A stretch of DNA of 64,000 bases from a virus. Positions 1-9,484 of the stretch are shown here, piece by piece; the stretch's first letter is position 1; each line of letters starts with the position of its first letter. The stretch spans positions 1 through 64,000 of the IMG/VR virus record IMGVR_UViG_3300020057_000035; one strand, 5' to 3'. A program made the translations under genes and the position numbers. A model generated the notes under the pieces. The model was not told the origin of the DNA, did no database searches, and saw only the letters and a program-made list of their open reading frames with translations.

Positions 1-145
1 GGCGAGAGGGCGAGAGGGTGAGGGTGAGGGTGAGTGAGAGGGCAAGGGCGACCTGAGGGCGAGAGGGCGAGAGGGTGAGGGTGAGAGGGCGAGAGGGTGA
101 GGGTGAGAGGGCAAGGGCGACCTGAGGGCGAGAGGGTGAGAGAGT
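1..145 (+). repeat. G-rich low-complexity repeat (GAGAGGG/TGAGGG/GGGC units), G-quadruplex-prone
   Basis: More than a dozen GGG runs separated by 2-8 nt; 32-nt block GAGAGGGCAAGGGCGACCTGAGGGCGAGAGGG repeated at 36-67 and 106-137. Confidence 0.9.
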
Positions 146-181
146 GGCCATACGTTATGGGCATATGCGATTCCGTTATTA

Positions 182-294
182 GAACTGACGTTCTATTTGA
201 CATAACGTACTTGACATGCCGTTATGGCATATCGGAACGGATGTTCGAATGTTTCACGTGAAACATTTCCTGGCTTAAATCGGAACGGATGTTC
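182..294. promoter_or_regulatory. Three LexA (Cheo-type GAAC-N4-GTTC) boxes at 182-193, 235-246, 283-294
   Basis: Exact GAAC-N4-GTTC matches (TAGAACTGACGTTCTA; GGAACGGATGTTCG twice). Confidence 0.65.
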
Positions 295-313
295 GAATGT
301 TTCACGTGAAACA
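250..313. promoter_or_regulatory. parS: Two parS palindromes TGTTTCACGTGAAACA (250-265, 298-313) within a 48-bp tandem duplication
   Basis: Exact match to the canonical chromosomal parS 16-mer. Confidence 0.85.
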
Positions 314-669
314 TTTCCTGGCTTAAATCGGAAAAACCGTTTCAAATGATTAACTCGAAAAAACCGCGAAAAGTGCCCCTCGCGCGGCGCGCGACCGTAT
401 ATATGCTTTTATATGAAATCTGCGGAAAATCCGGTGGGTTGCGGCGCGCCGTCGCGCGACGGCGACGCGAGTGAAAAAAATACCCCACGCGGCGACGGGG
501 CCACGCAGGGTAAATTTAAGTGCGTTTTATTTAAGTTAAGTCGTTTGTTCTGCTGGGCGTCAATACGTGTCAGTCTTGATATTGGCGCGGTTACTTTACT
601 CTCAATCTTTGGCGTCTGTCTCGACTTGAATTTTGGTGACGAGTGCTACACGCTCTACTGTAGTATCCG

Positions 670-891
670 CTAACGCATTCCGTCGATGTGGATTACCTTG
701 AAATTCTCAATGCGGCCACGCGGTTCGATGCATTCGCGGAGCAGGAGACGAGCGGCACGTAAGCGTGAATCGCACCAGTCGCGGCGATAGTGTCGGCCTT
801 GATCAGCACACCAATACCGTGCACCGAACGACGTTGGACTGCCCGGCATCCTGTAGGTTTCGATGGTCACTTTCATCTGTTTGTCCCTCAT
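670..891 (-). CDS. Cassette micro-protein (MRDKQMKV...), hypothetical
   Basis: ATG after AAGGAA directly downstream of promoter repeat at ~900-935. Confidence 0.7.
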   Translation of the reverse strand: MRDKQMKVTIETYRMPGSPTSFGARYWCADQGRHYRRDWCDSRLRAARLLLRECIEPRGRIENFKVIHIDGMR

Positions 892-1142
892 TTCCTTGAT
901 GATGTCATCATAGCATGGGGATCGATTTGGGTCAAGCAAAGTGTTCGGCATTCGAACCAATATGTTCTGCTTTTTACTCTCGTCATTATTTTCTTGCGTG
1001 TTTATGCATAATACACTGTAAACATGCCCTGAATAGCGCCAGGAACAGAATCTAGTGGCATAGCGGCGAAAAAGCTAGTATAATAGCTCTTTGCTAAAAA
1101 CAGGCTCAGAATCGAATCCTACAGCATCTGAATGATCTGATG

Positions 1143-1225
1143 TTTCAAAATTCAGATTTTAAATTCTAAAATACAAATTTAATTTCTCAAATCTGAATCT
1201 TGAAACTTGAAACCTGAATTTAGGT
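1143..1225. repeat. AAAT/AAATT-rich tract (copy 1 of 5)
   Basis: Short-period A/T tracts; related tracts at 7192, 15484, 22945, 36591. Confidence 0.8.
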
Positions 1226-1437
1226 TTTAGTACTTAGAATCCTTGTTCCTCACCAAGAACCAAGAGATGGCGTTTCTTTTTCTTACTTTGGTGATACCAT
1301 TGTATCGCGATTTGGGATTTGGGTCAAGCGCCGCCCACGCTTGACATAACGCTACCAGCGAACTAACGGAGTTGCCACCCAAGCGCGTACTCTGTGATGC
1401 AATCATAGCATGGGAGTCGATTTGGGTCAACTCCCTG

Positions 1438-1638
1438 CTAGTCGTCCTGTCGATTGTCACGTGGCACGAATTCCCTGTATGCCTCTTCGGTGTCGTATTC
1501 AATCTGGGTGACGTTGAGAGCGTCCCTGTAGCGTTCTACCAGTTTCTCGCCGTTCATATGCATCTCGAAAATTTCGGTCACCTTGTACTCAGTGCCGTTG
1601 ACAGTTTCCAGTCGAGTACGCTTTACGCTGTCTTGCAA
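1438..1638 (-). CDS. Cassette micro-protein (MQDSVKRTRLE...), hypothetical
   Basis: TTG start with GAGGA RBS after promoter repeat. Confidence 0.6.
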   Translation of the reverse strand: MQDSVKRTRLETVNGTEYKVTEIFEMHMNGEKLVERYRDALNVTQIEYDTEEAYREFVPRDNRQDD

Positions 1639-1705
1639 TCTTTGTTCCTCAATTCCTTGTGATGCTATCATAGCATGGGGATCGATTTGGGTCAAGGGGA
1701 ATCGC

Positions 1706-1894
1706 CTACCACTTTTCACCTTGCCGTCGCATCCCAAAATGCAGATTTGGGAATCGAACGCACTGCAGCATTGCGATCCCGCCTCGGATTTGAAATTTCA
1801 GTCCACCTTTGCATTGGCCACAATATGGAAATTCCGTGTGCAGGCTTTGCATCAGGGCCTGATCCTCATCCAACATATGCATAATGCCAGCCAT
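1706..1894 (-). CDS. Cassette micro-protein with CxxC
   Basis: RBS GAGGGA + ATG after promoter repeat; YCGQC motif. Confidence 0.6.
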   Translation of the reverse strand: MAGIMHMLDEDQALMQSLHTEFPYCGQCKGGLKFQIRGGIAMLQCVRFPNLHFGMRRQGEKW

Positions 1895-1974
1895 CGGTTC
1901 CCTCACTTCCTTTGTGATGCTATCATAGCATGGGAGGCGATTTGTGTCAAACGCCGCTCTCGCGTGACATAAGG

Positions 1975-2148
1975 TTAGGTGCTGGCCTCTTCAAGGAATG
2001 TAGCTGGCGTGGGGTCGTTGCCATCATAGCAAAGTTGGCACTGGTATCCGGCGATCTGGTCGTCGTCGCGATACGTTAGTGGGTAACGCTCGCCAGCAAT
2101 GCGGCGCTCACACTTTAAGCAATGGGTTCTGAGGGATTCGGGGGTCAT
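1975..2148 (-). CDS. 57-aa zinc-ribbon micro-protein (MTPESLRTHCLKC...CQLC...), below ORF-track cutoff
   Basis: Translated by hand; two CxxC pairs; AAGGA RBS. Confidence 0.7.
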   Translation of the reverse strand: MTPESLRTHCLKCERRIAGERYPLTYRDDDQIAGYQCQLCYDGNDPTPATFLEEAST

Positions 2149-2160
2149 GGGTCACGTCCT

Positions 2161-2355
2161 TCACTTGCTGATGCAATCATAGCACGTCGGGGGATTTGGG
2201 TCAAGGGGAGTCGTAAACGCGGCTCGGTAGGCACGAGCCTCGCGATCCCAGTCGTCGTCGATTTCCTCTTCATCGTCACGCCAGTCATCCGCGCCGTTGT
2301 GTTGCGCCTTATAGATTTCTTCATGATCTGTGTGATTTGCCCATCCGTAAGCCAT
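2161..2355 (-). CDS. Acidic cassette micro-protein (MAYGWANH...DDEEEIDDDW)
   Basis: ORF track; ATG follows promoter repeat. Confidence 0.6.
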   Translation of the reverse strand: MAYGWANHTDHEEIYKAQHNGADDWRDDEEEIDDDWDREARAYRAAFTTPLDPNPPTCYDCISK

Positions 2356-2552
2356 GGCGGTTTCTCACTTCCAAAGTTTAACTCTGTGATGCAATCATAG
2401 CACGTCGGGGGATTTGGGTCAAGCGTCGTCGTCGGCGTGCTCTTACGATTTGGGTCAAACGCCGCTCTCGCGTGACATAAGGTTAGGGCATGGGTCACGT
2501 CCTTCACTTGCTGATGCAATCATAGCACGTCGGGGGATTTGTGTCAAGTCCC

Positions 2553-2753
2553 TTAGATGAGAGTCTTGGCGTAAATCACCATCTTGTCGAACATATCTTC
2601 AGGGAAGATCATAACACCAACGATTTCGTCGGCGTCCGTGTCGCGGAGGCTGACGTGGTAAGCTTTGGTGGCAAGGTTCTGGCGGATTTCCGCAGCCACG
2701 GAGTAAAGATCGGATTTCAGAACTGAGATGAGTTCGTAAACAGCATTGGGCAT
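2553..2753 (-). CDS. Cassette micro-protein, hypothetical
   Basis: ORF fills the space between two promoter repeats. Confidence 0.7.
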   Translation of the reverse strand: MPNAVYELISVLKSDLYSVAAEIRQNLATKAYHVSLRDTDADEIVGVMIFPEDMFDKMVIYAKTLI

Positions 2754-2816
2754 GGGTCACGTCCTTCACTTGCTGATGTAATCATAGCACGTCGGGGGAT
2801 TTGTGTCAACTCCCGC

Positions 2817-2978
2817 TCAATTCTGGAGGAAGCACTTTCGCACGATAGTGGCTTGCCAATACCCGCCCGCATCATAGGAAGGGGATTTTACCCATTCTAC
2901 TTCGAATTGTGCGGCGCAATCGTCGCAAAGCAGGGTAGGGGTCAGGGTGTTACATTCAAGGCAGAATCCGAATTCCAT
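2817..2978 (-). CDS. Zn-finger micro-protein family A, variant 1 (MEFGFCLECNTLTPTLLCDDC...)
   Basis: CxxC..CxxC; ATG at 2978 after repeat. Confidence 0.7.
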   Translation of the reverse strand: MEFGFCLECNTLTPTLLCDDCAAQFEVEWVKSPSYDAGGYWQATIVRKCFLQN

Positions 2979-3043
2979 TGCGTTTCTCACTTCCTGATGT
3001 AATCTTAGCACGTCGGGGGATTTGTGTCAACTCCCGCTCAATT

Positions 3044-3390
3044 CTAGGATGTGCTTGCCGGGCACATATATTCGTGATAATCTTGTCCACAATCGGGGCA
3101 CGATTCGTCGAATTGTGCGGCGCAATCGTCGCAAAGCAGGGTAGGGGTCAGGGTGTTACATTCAAGGCAGAATCCGAATTCCATTGCGTTTCTCACTTCC
3201 TGATGTAATCTTAGCACGTCGGGGGATTTGTGTCAACTCCCGCTCAATTCTAGGATGTGCTTGCCGGGCACATATATTCGTGATAATCTTGTCCACAATC
3301 GGGGCACGATTCGTCGAATTGTGCGGCGCAATCGTCGCAAAGCAGGGTAGGGGTCAGGGTGTTACATTCAAGGCAGAATCCGAATTCCAT
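3044..3390 (-). CDS. Family A variant 2, two identical tandem cassettes (3044-3184 and 3250-3390; 46 aa)
   Basis: Exact 206-bp tandem duplication; same 25-aa N-terminus as variant 1, different C-terminus. Confidence 0.7.
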
Positions 3391-3485
3391 TGCGTTTCTC
3401 ACTTCCTGATGTAATCTTAGCACGTCGGGGGATTTGTGTCAAGGGGAGTCGTCGAACATCCCCTCAGCACACTATGTGATTTGTG

Positions 3486-3683
3486 TCAACGAGACATCGC
3501 GAATTCGTGTTGCCGATCTCGCAATTCGTCAAGGTTGTCATTCTCTTCACACTGCTCACAATTGTCGCACTGCTCACAATCGCCGCAGAACTGACAATCG
3601 TGGTAATGTCCGCCTTGGGCTTCCCAGTCCTCTTCAGCGCGGAGTCGGTTGCCTTCGTCGCGGTCATCTTCGTTGTAGCTCAT
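3486..3683 (-). CDS. Acidic Cys-rich micro-protein (CxxC repeats); paralog of 11432-11665
   Basis: MSYNEDDRDEG...CQFCGDCEQCDNCEQC. Confidence 0.7.
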   Translation of the reverse strand: MSYNEDDRDEGNRLRAEEDWEAQGGHYHDCQFCGDCEQCDNCEQCEENDNLDELRDRQHEFAMSR

Positions 3684-3773
3684 GTGGTTCTCCTTCACTT
3701 CCTGATGTAATCTTAGCACGTCGGGGGATTTGTGTCAACTCGATGATTTGCCTACCACACTTTGGGATTTGTG

Positions 3774-4103
3774 TCAAGCGCCACTCTCGCTTGACCAATA
3801 TATAGCACGGGAGTCGATTTGTGTCAACTCCCGCTTTAGTGCCGACGCTATTTCGTACCAGTCTACCACGCGAAGCGCGCTTAGTAGTAGATCCGAATAG
3901 ATCCCACTAGAAAGGTGTGGCATACTTTCATAATGGTGTTGTTCTAGCCTGGAGGTCAGATCGTATACGCTATCGCACATTCGCGCAGTCTCTGACCAAT
4001 ACTCCTGGCTACCCCGGTCGTTGTCGATCCATAGTTTCGCCGCCCAAGTTTCGTAGTTTGTCCACCCATTGTACTTGTTGGCATTCGGGGATTCGGGGGT
4101 CAT
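3774..4103 (-). CDS. YNGWxNYETW-family phage protein; paralog of 27717-28001
   Basis: Near-identical paralog in the window; ATG at 4103. Confidence 0.75.
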   Translation of the reverse strand: MTPESPNANKYNGWTNYETWAAKLWIDNDRGSQEYWSETARMCDSVYDLTSRLEQHHYESMPHLSSGIYSDLLLSALRVVDWYEIASALKRELTQIDSRAIYWSSESGA

Positions 4104-4156
4104 TTGGGTCACGTCCTTCACTTGCTGATGTAATCTTAGCACGTCGGGGGATTTGT

Positions 4157-4234
4157 GTCAAGCGGCGGGCTGGCAATCGTTGCAGCCTGTGTCCTTGAAT
4201 AAACCGTAATAGAACAGCACCGCTTGACTTCTAC
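4157..4234 (-). ncRNA. Candidate small structured RNA family 1 (copies 4157-4234, 4652-4729, 5555-5632)
   Basis: Own promoter, no RBS or ORF; terminal stem GTCAAGCGG/CCGCTTGAC and internal hairpin GGCTG-CAACGATTG-CCAGCC. Confidence 0.6.
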
Positions 4235-4259
4235 AATGTAGCACGTCGGGGGATTTGTG

Positions 4260-4460
4260 TCAACTACCCTTGTGGTCGATGTCCCATGTTTTCGCAGCAT
4301 CCCGCAAATCCCGTGTGGTAAGCAATCCAGCCGCTACCATTTCCAATGCCGCAGCCATCGCCCAATGTCGAGCATCATCAGGATTATCCCGATTATCGAA
4401 TGCCAGATTTACGTTTCGCATCGTATGCGTGTGCTCGATAGGACGGTTAAGAACAAGCAT
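4260..4460 (-). CDS. Cassette micro-protein MLVLNRPIEH...; same protein at 12853-13053
   Basis: Duplicated cassette. Confidence 0.75.
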   Translation of the reverse strand: MLVLNRPIEHTHTMRNVNLAFDNRDNPDDARHWAMAAALEMVAAGLLTTRDLRDAAKTWDIDHKGS

Positions 4461-4780
4461 TTTGTTTCCCTCAATTCCTTCTGATGCTATCATAGCATCG
4501 GGGGCGATTTGTGTCAACTACCCTACCCTTGTCCAAGACCAGGGCATGGGTCACGTCCTTCACTTGCTGATGTAATCTTAGCACGTCGGGGGATTTGTGA
4601 AAATTGCTTTTCTCACTTCCTGATGTAATCTTAGCACGTCGGGGGATTTGTGTCAAGCGGCGGGCTGGCAATCGTTGCAGCCTGTGTCCTTGAATAAACC
4701 GTAATAGAACAGCACCGCTTGACTTCTACAATGTAGCACGTCGGGGGATTTGTGTCAAGCGCCGCTCTCGCTTGACATTA

Positions 4781-4966
4781 TTAGATACGAATCAATGCAT
4801 CCTGAGCGTAGTCCACGGCTTCATCAGACGTGGTAAACGTGCGGCTGAAGTAAAGATCCTCTCCCTTGAACGTGTCGGCCTGATAGATTCCATCAGGCCG
4901 TAGGTGAACGTTGACCGAGTAACCAGCGTCGTATTCGATAGTCATGTTCGTGAGTGTTCGTTTCAT
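4781..4966 (-). CDS. Cassette micro-protein MKRTLTNMTIEY...
   Basis: ATG after repeat; N-terminus reused at 20827-20994. Confidence 0.7.
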   Translation of the reverse strand: MKRTLTNMTIEYDAGYSVNVHLRPDGIYQADTFKGEDLYFSRTFTTSDEAVDYAQDALIRI

Positions 4967-5039
4967 GTCTTTCACTTCCTGATGTAATCTTAGCACGTCG
5001 GGGGATTTGTGTCAAGCGCCGCTCTCGCTTGACATAATG

Positions 5040-5222
5040 CTACCCGTGAAGAAGCGAATACTTTCGCAATCTTTCGCGAGATTCTTCCAATCGCTCGGAG
5101 GCGAGTTTCGCGCGAAATTCCGCAGCAAACAAGTCACGGCGAGCATCTTCGTCACGCTCTTCGTGAATTTTAATCTCTGCGCGTAGTTCACGCTCGCCAT
5201 TTTGTTCTGATACCGATTGCAT
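5040..5222 (-). CDS. Charged helical micro-protein family B (MQSVSEQ...); variants at 6014-6241 and 20827-20994
   Basis: GGGGAG RBS; paralogs in the window. Confidence 0.7.
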   Translation of the reverse strand: MQSVSEQNGERELRAEIKIHEERDEDARRDLFAAEFRAKLASERLEESRERLRKYSLLHG

Positions 5223-5314
5223 TTCTTGTCTCCCTCTCACTTCCTGATGTAATCTTAGCACGTCGGGGGATTTGTGTCAAATCATCGATTTGACTACCAC
5301 ACTTTGGGATTTGG

Positions 5315-5455
5315 GTCAAGGAAGGTCTGACTTCTATTTATACCAGACTGTACCGGCGTCGTCCCGCCACTCATTCCCTAACCCCAACGCTACTAAGCGG
5401 ATCGGGACTGTGTTAGTTCTGTGGCGATGTCCGTTGTAGCTTCCTTAACTTCTAC
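5315..5455 (-). ncRNA. Candidate structured RNA family 2 (also 20181-20260, 20297-20418, 21039-21101)
   Basis: Closing stem differs but pairs in every copy; shared GCTA...TAC(A/T)(G/A)TCTGG-loop-(T/C)CAGA(C/T)C core. Confidence 0.65.
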
Positions 5456-5685
5456 AATATAGCACGTCGGGGAATTTGTGTCAACTCCCGTTCTGTGCTG
5501 CCAAAATTGCTTTTCTCACTTCCTGATGTAATCTTAGCACGTCGGGGGATTTGTGTCAAGCGGCGGGCTGGCAATCGTTGCAGCCTGTGTCCTTGAATAA
5601 ACCGTAATAGAACAGCGCCGCTTGACTTCTACAATGTAGCACGTCGGGGGATTTGTGTCAAGCGCCGCTCTCGCTTGACATAATG

Positions 5686-5940
5686 TTAGATTAGGCTCAA
5701 GGCCACGAGCCACGATGGTTGATCATGCGAACACGTTCCATCGGGTTCGATGCCACTACAGCCGTCTATGGCGCGTGCCACGCCGTCCATCATCCACCTT
5801 TCTAGGGTAGCATAGGTCGGCTGTTTTCCCTTCACGTTGGCGATTATGGCATCAGGGTAAGACGCCTGATATCTTTCAAGCGTAACGCCATCCCTGAGAG
5901 TCTTAAGACCGCGAGCTTCGCTGTAAACCTGGAGTGCCAT
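5686..5940 (-). CDS. Phage hypothetical protein (…DGVARAIDGC…EPDGTCSH…PSWL)
   Basis: ATG 5940 after repeat. Confidence 0.75.
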   Translation of the reverse strand: MALQVYSEARGLKTLRDGVTLERYQASYPDAIIANVKGKQPTYATLERWMMDGVARAIDGCSGIEPDGTCSHDQPSWLVALSLI

Positions 5941-6013
5941 GTCTTTCACTTCCTGATGTAATCTTAGCACGTCGGGGGATTTGTGTCAAGCGCCGCTCTC
6001 GCTTGACATAATG

Positions 6014-6241
6014 CTACCCGTGAAGAAGCGAATACTTTCGCAATCTTTCGCGAGATTCTTCCAATCGCTCGGAGGCGAGTTTCGCGCGAAATTCCGCAGC
6101 AAACAAGTCACGGCGAGCATCTTCGTCACGCCTAACCTGCTTTGCGACGATTGCGTCGCACAATTCGACGAATCGCTCTTCATGAATTTTAATCTCTGCG
6201 CGTAGTTCACGCTCGCCATTTTGTTCTGATACCGATTGCAT
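6014..6241 (-). CDS. Family B variant with 15-aa in-frame insertion
   Basis: Identical to 5040-5222 apart from a 45-nt insert. Confidence 0.7.
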   Translation of the reverse strand: MQSVSEQNGERELRAEIKIHEERFVELCDAIVAKQVRRDEDARRDLFAAEFRAKLASERLEESRERLRKYSLLHG

Positions 6242-6336
6242 TTCTTGTCACTTCCTGATGTAATCTTAGCACGTCGGGGGATTTGTGTCAACTCGATGAT
6301 TTGACTACCACACTTTGGGATTTGTGTCAAGTTCAG

Positions 6337-6404
6337 TGTTTCACGTGAAACATTCGCCCGCGTCTAGCACACTTTGGGATTTGTGTCAAGTCGAACATTT
6401 GTTC
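6337..6404. promoter_or_regulatory. parS: parS (6337-6352) and LexA box (6393-6404)
   Basis: TGTTTCACGTGAAACA; CGAACATTTGTTCT. Confidence 0.8.
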
Positions 6405-6598
6405 TAAACGTTATGTCAAGTCGGGATTACTGTCAACTTCTCGCGCGCGCGTGAGTATATATGCGTATATAAAAATCATGGGAAAATTCATACGAATTTT
6501 GGCGCGGACGCTGGCGCGAGTAAAAAAAATACCCCGCGCGGCGGACCACGAAGGGTAAAATTTAAGTGTGCTTTATTTTTAAGTTTGAACACTTTATG

Positions 6599-6934
6599 CT
6601 AGTAGGCTAGACCAGCTTTGGTCAACACACTAGCATATCTGTTCAATACGTTACCAGCATAGAGAAGTTGATCGATTGTCATCTCACCACGTACCAAATA
6701 ATCGGAGTATTCCGCGTCAGGCCATGAATTCGTATCCACACCACCACACACGGGCGAGTGCATGTACTGCCATGCAGCCGGTAGATTCTCACCGTCGGGA
6801 TAGAGTACGTCGTGATAGATTACGTCGGCAATGGCGAACATGTGTGACATTGTAGTACCCCATGGATCATTGTCACCGTATTCCATTCGTACCATTGACA
6901 TTGCTTCTTTTTTCTCTGTGACTGTCAATACCAT
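6599..6934 (-). CDS. Hypothetical protein
   Basis: 111-aa ORF with AAGGA RBS downstream of a promoter. Confidence 0.75.
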   Translation of the reverse strand: MVLTVTEKKEAMSMVRMEYGDNDPWGTTMSHMFAIADVIYHDVLYPDGENLPAAWQYMHSPVCGGVDTNSWPDAEYSDYLVRGEMTIDQLLYAGNVLNRYASVLTKAGLAY

Positions 6935-7191
6935 TTTGTGTTCCTTGGTTTTTCTTGGATGTGCTTAGTATAGCATCGTTCGACATTTGAGTCAAGCAAA
7001 GGGGTATGTTATGTCTCTTCTTTGCCTTTTCTGCGTTGTTTTCTTGAGTGAAGCAAATAGCTAGCTACTACGGTAGCGTTTTTGATTGTTATACGCTTAA
7101 AGAATCGAATCCTACTGTGCCTGGGGGCATGTTTAGAGTGCTTAAAAATATGCTTAGAATCGAATCCTACAGTGTCTGAATGATCTGGATG

Positions 7192-7272
7192 TTTCAAAAT
7201 TCAAATTTTAAATTCTAAAACGCAAATTCAATTTCTCAAATCTGAATTCTAAAATTTGAAATTTGAATCTCT
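7192..7272. repeat. AAAT-rich tract (copy 2)
   Basis: Close homolog of 1143-1225. Confidence 0.8.
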
Positions 7273-7292
7273 AAATAGCAGACTAGCGATCC

Positions 7293-7760
7293 CTAAGGAC
7301 TCGCCCAGAATCGTCTACGTCGCCAGTCGCAATCTTTGCGGTGTTCATCGGAATGGAAAGTCGGTTCGTTTGTTTCCTTGCCACAATACATACAAGTTAC
7401 CCTGTTTTTTCCTTCACTTCCTGATGTTAATCTTAGCACGAGAGTCATCAATGAAAGGGTGGATGGTTTCGAATTCACGATACCATTCTGGGATTTTACC
7501 CATTCTACTTTGAATCTGGCGGCGCAATCGTCGCAAAGCAGGTTAGGAGTCAGGGTGTTACATTCAATGCAGAATCCGAATTCCATTGCTCTTCCTGATG
7601 TTAATCTTAGCACGAGAGTCATCAATGAAAGGGTGGATGGTTTCGAATTCACGATACCATTCTGGGATTTTACCCATTCTACTTTGAATCTGGCGGCGCA
7701 ATCGTCGCAAAGCAGGTTAGGAGTCAGGGTGTTACATTCAAGGCAGAATCCGAATTCCAT
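7293..7760 (-). CDS. Family A variant 3: internally duplicated chimera carrying a Fic-gene fragment and eroded promoters
   Basis: 174-bp tandem duplication; 44 nt copied from 7900-7943. Confidence 0.5.
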   Translation of the reverse strand: MEFGFCLECNTLTPNLLCDDCAARFKVEWVKSQNGIVNSKPSTLSLMTLVLRLTSGRAMEFGFCIECNTLTPNLLCDDCAARFKVEWVKSQNGIVNSKPSTLSLMTLVLRLTSGSEGKNRVTCMYCGKETNEPTFHSDEHRKDCDWRRRRFWASP

Positions 7761-7813
7761 TGCGTTTCTCACTTCCTGATGTAATCTTAGCACGAGAGTC
7801 GATTTGTGTCAAC

Positions 7814-8242
7814 CTATCCCCAAAGTTGCGGAGGAGTGACGGGATGATCAACATTGCCCGCTAGGATATTCCAAACTATGGAACCCGTACGTCCGTTGCC
7901 ATCAATGAAAGGGTGGATGGTTTCGAATTCACGATACCATTCTAGGGCGTCTACGTTGGCGTTGGCGAGACTTTCCATGGCGCGCGGGATATTGCTAGGA
8001 TCAACTCCCTTGTCCCCACTGGCGAACATTCTGGTAACTTTGGCATACTCCGCTGAAGACGGTTTGCCTAACACCAAACCAGCAATAAACTTGATAGTCT
8101 CGGTGTGAGTCACGGAAGGAAAACTCTTTGCATGATCCCATGCACGCAACATGTAAGGAACGAACTCTGGTCCATCCCCCTGTCGCTTAACTTCTTCTGA
8201 TGCCCAGATAACTTCGTGCAGGGTGAACATTTGTTCTCTCAT
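7814..8242 (-). CDS. Fic/Doc domain protein
   Basis: HPFIDGNGR Fic motif. Confidence 0.9.
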   Translation of the reverse strand: MREQMFTLHEVIWASEEVKRQGDGPEFVPYMLRAWDHAKSFPSVTHTETIKFIAGLVLGKPSSAEYAKVTRMFASGDKGVDPSNIPRAMESLANANVDALEWYREFETIHPFIDGNGRTGSIVWNILAGNVDHPVTPPQLWG

Positions 8243-8279
8243 TTCTGTAACTTAAGTATGGCATACTTAAGTATTTGTG

Positions 8280-8606
8280 TCAAGCGCCACACATTCCCTT
8301 CGTTGTTTCCATGTATTCTTTCACCGCTTCTTGCATTGCATCGTTTTTCATGTTCTTGGAATTCTCCAGAGTAATCTTCCCCCAGCATAAACTTGTCAGC
8401 ATTTTGGCAACTTCTTTTGCCGCCCATACCGTGGCATATCTTCCCGGGAGTTTTAAGCCAGTTACTTCGTGAGTGATTATCCACTTGCCGGATTCCTTTC
8501 CGGTAGTGTATTCTCGGTGAATAAAGAATTGATTAATCCTGTATCCACTGACTTTTACTTGGGCGGTTCCGTTGCTAGTTCCTGTAAGAATCTTTGCGGT
8601 TTGCAT
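8280..8606 (-). CDS. Hypothetical protein (MQTAKILTG...)
   Basis: GAGGA RBS; N-terminus shared with 8608-8811. Confidence 0.65.
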   Translation of the reverse strand: MQTAKILTGTSNGTAQVKVSGYRINQFFIHREYTTGKESGKWIITHEVTGLKLPGRYATVWAAKEVAKMLTSLCWGKITLENSKNMKNDAMQEAVKEYMETTKGMCGA

Positions 8607-8812
8607 CTTAGAAATTCCTCTGGATATGCGTATCTATCAATCTTCCAGCTCCAACTGATGTGGCTGACTCATCTTCCCATCCACAAGTATCGCAACGTAC
8701 CAAGAAGGAGCGCCTCGACCACCGGACAGGACTACCGGCCTCGTGGATTTTGTTCTTACCCTTTCGGGCGGTTCCGTTGCTAGTTCCTGTGAGAATCTTT
8801 GCGGTTTGCATC

Positions 8813-9067
8813 TTATTTTGCATCAAGGAATTCTCGAATTGCCTTGTAGGTGTGAGGAATGCTAAAGTACTTGCAAGCATTCTTTACAGCTTTTCCGTCC
8901 TTATTGGCCGTTCCATTATCAAGGGAAAGCGTCATGCTGCGTGCGAGCGATGCTGGCGTAGTGATAGTGGCTGGATACATGTATTCGGGATCTTCTCGAA
9001 AGAGGCGAGTGTACTCTTCTTTCAAGTATTCGTAGAATGAATCTAGGTTTATTTGTGTGGCTTCCAT
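8813..9067 (-). CDS. Hypothetical protein (MEATQINL...)
   Basis: Hairpin+GGAG module upstream. Confidence 0.7.
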   Translation of the reverse strand: MEATQINLDSFYEYLKEEYTRLFREDPEYMYPATITTPASLARSMTLSLDNGTANKDGKAVKNACKYFSIPHTYKAIREFLDAK

Positions 9068-9123
9068 TAGTTTTCTCCGCATCGCCCCGCGTGTCCGGGG
9101 TCGATAGATGAACCCTACCAGCA

Positions 9124-9387
9124 TTATGATGCTACAGCCTCAAAATTCATTTCATTAGCGCAATATGTCACCATATTTTGTGATGTATACTCGCCTAAAT
9201 ATGGATCATGAGCTGTTATTGCGATGGTAAGATCCCATGATTTAAGAATGCGATTCCATCGGCGATTGCGTTCAATAAATCGTGCGCCATGTTCAAATTT
9301 TACGGGCGATCCATATTTTGGCCAAAGGATAATGGTATTTATGGGCGTAAGAATCGGATATACAGTATGGACATCGTAGGCGTTCAT
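9124..9387 (-). CDS. Hypothetical protein
   Basis: ORF track; RBS module upstream. Confidence 0.65.
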   Translation of the reverse strand: MNAYDVHTVYPILTPINTIILWPKYGSPVKFEHGARFIERNRRWNRILKSWDLTIAITAHDPYLGEYTSQNMVTYCANEMNFEAVAS

Positions 9388-9484
9388 TTGACTTTCTCCG
9401 CATCGCCCCGCGTGCTCCGGGGTCGATGTGATGACTCTAATTGATGTGGTCGACTCATCTTCCCATCACGCTATTTGATGGACT

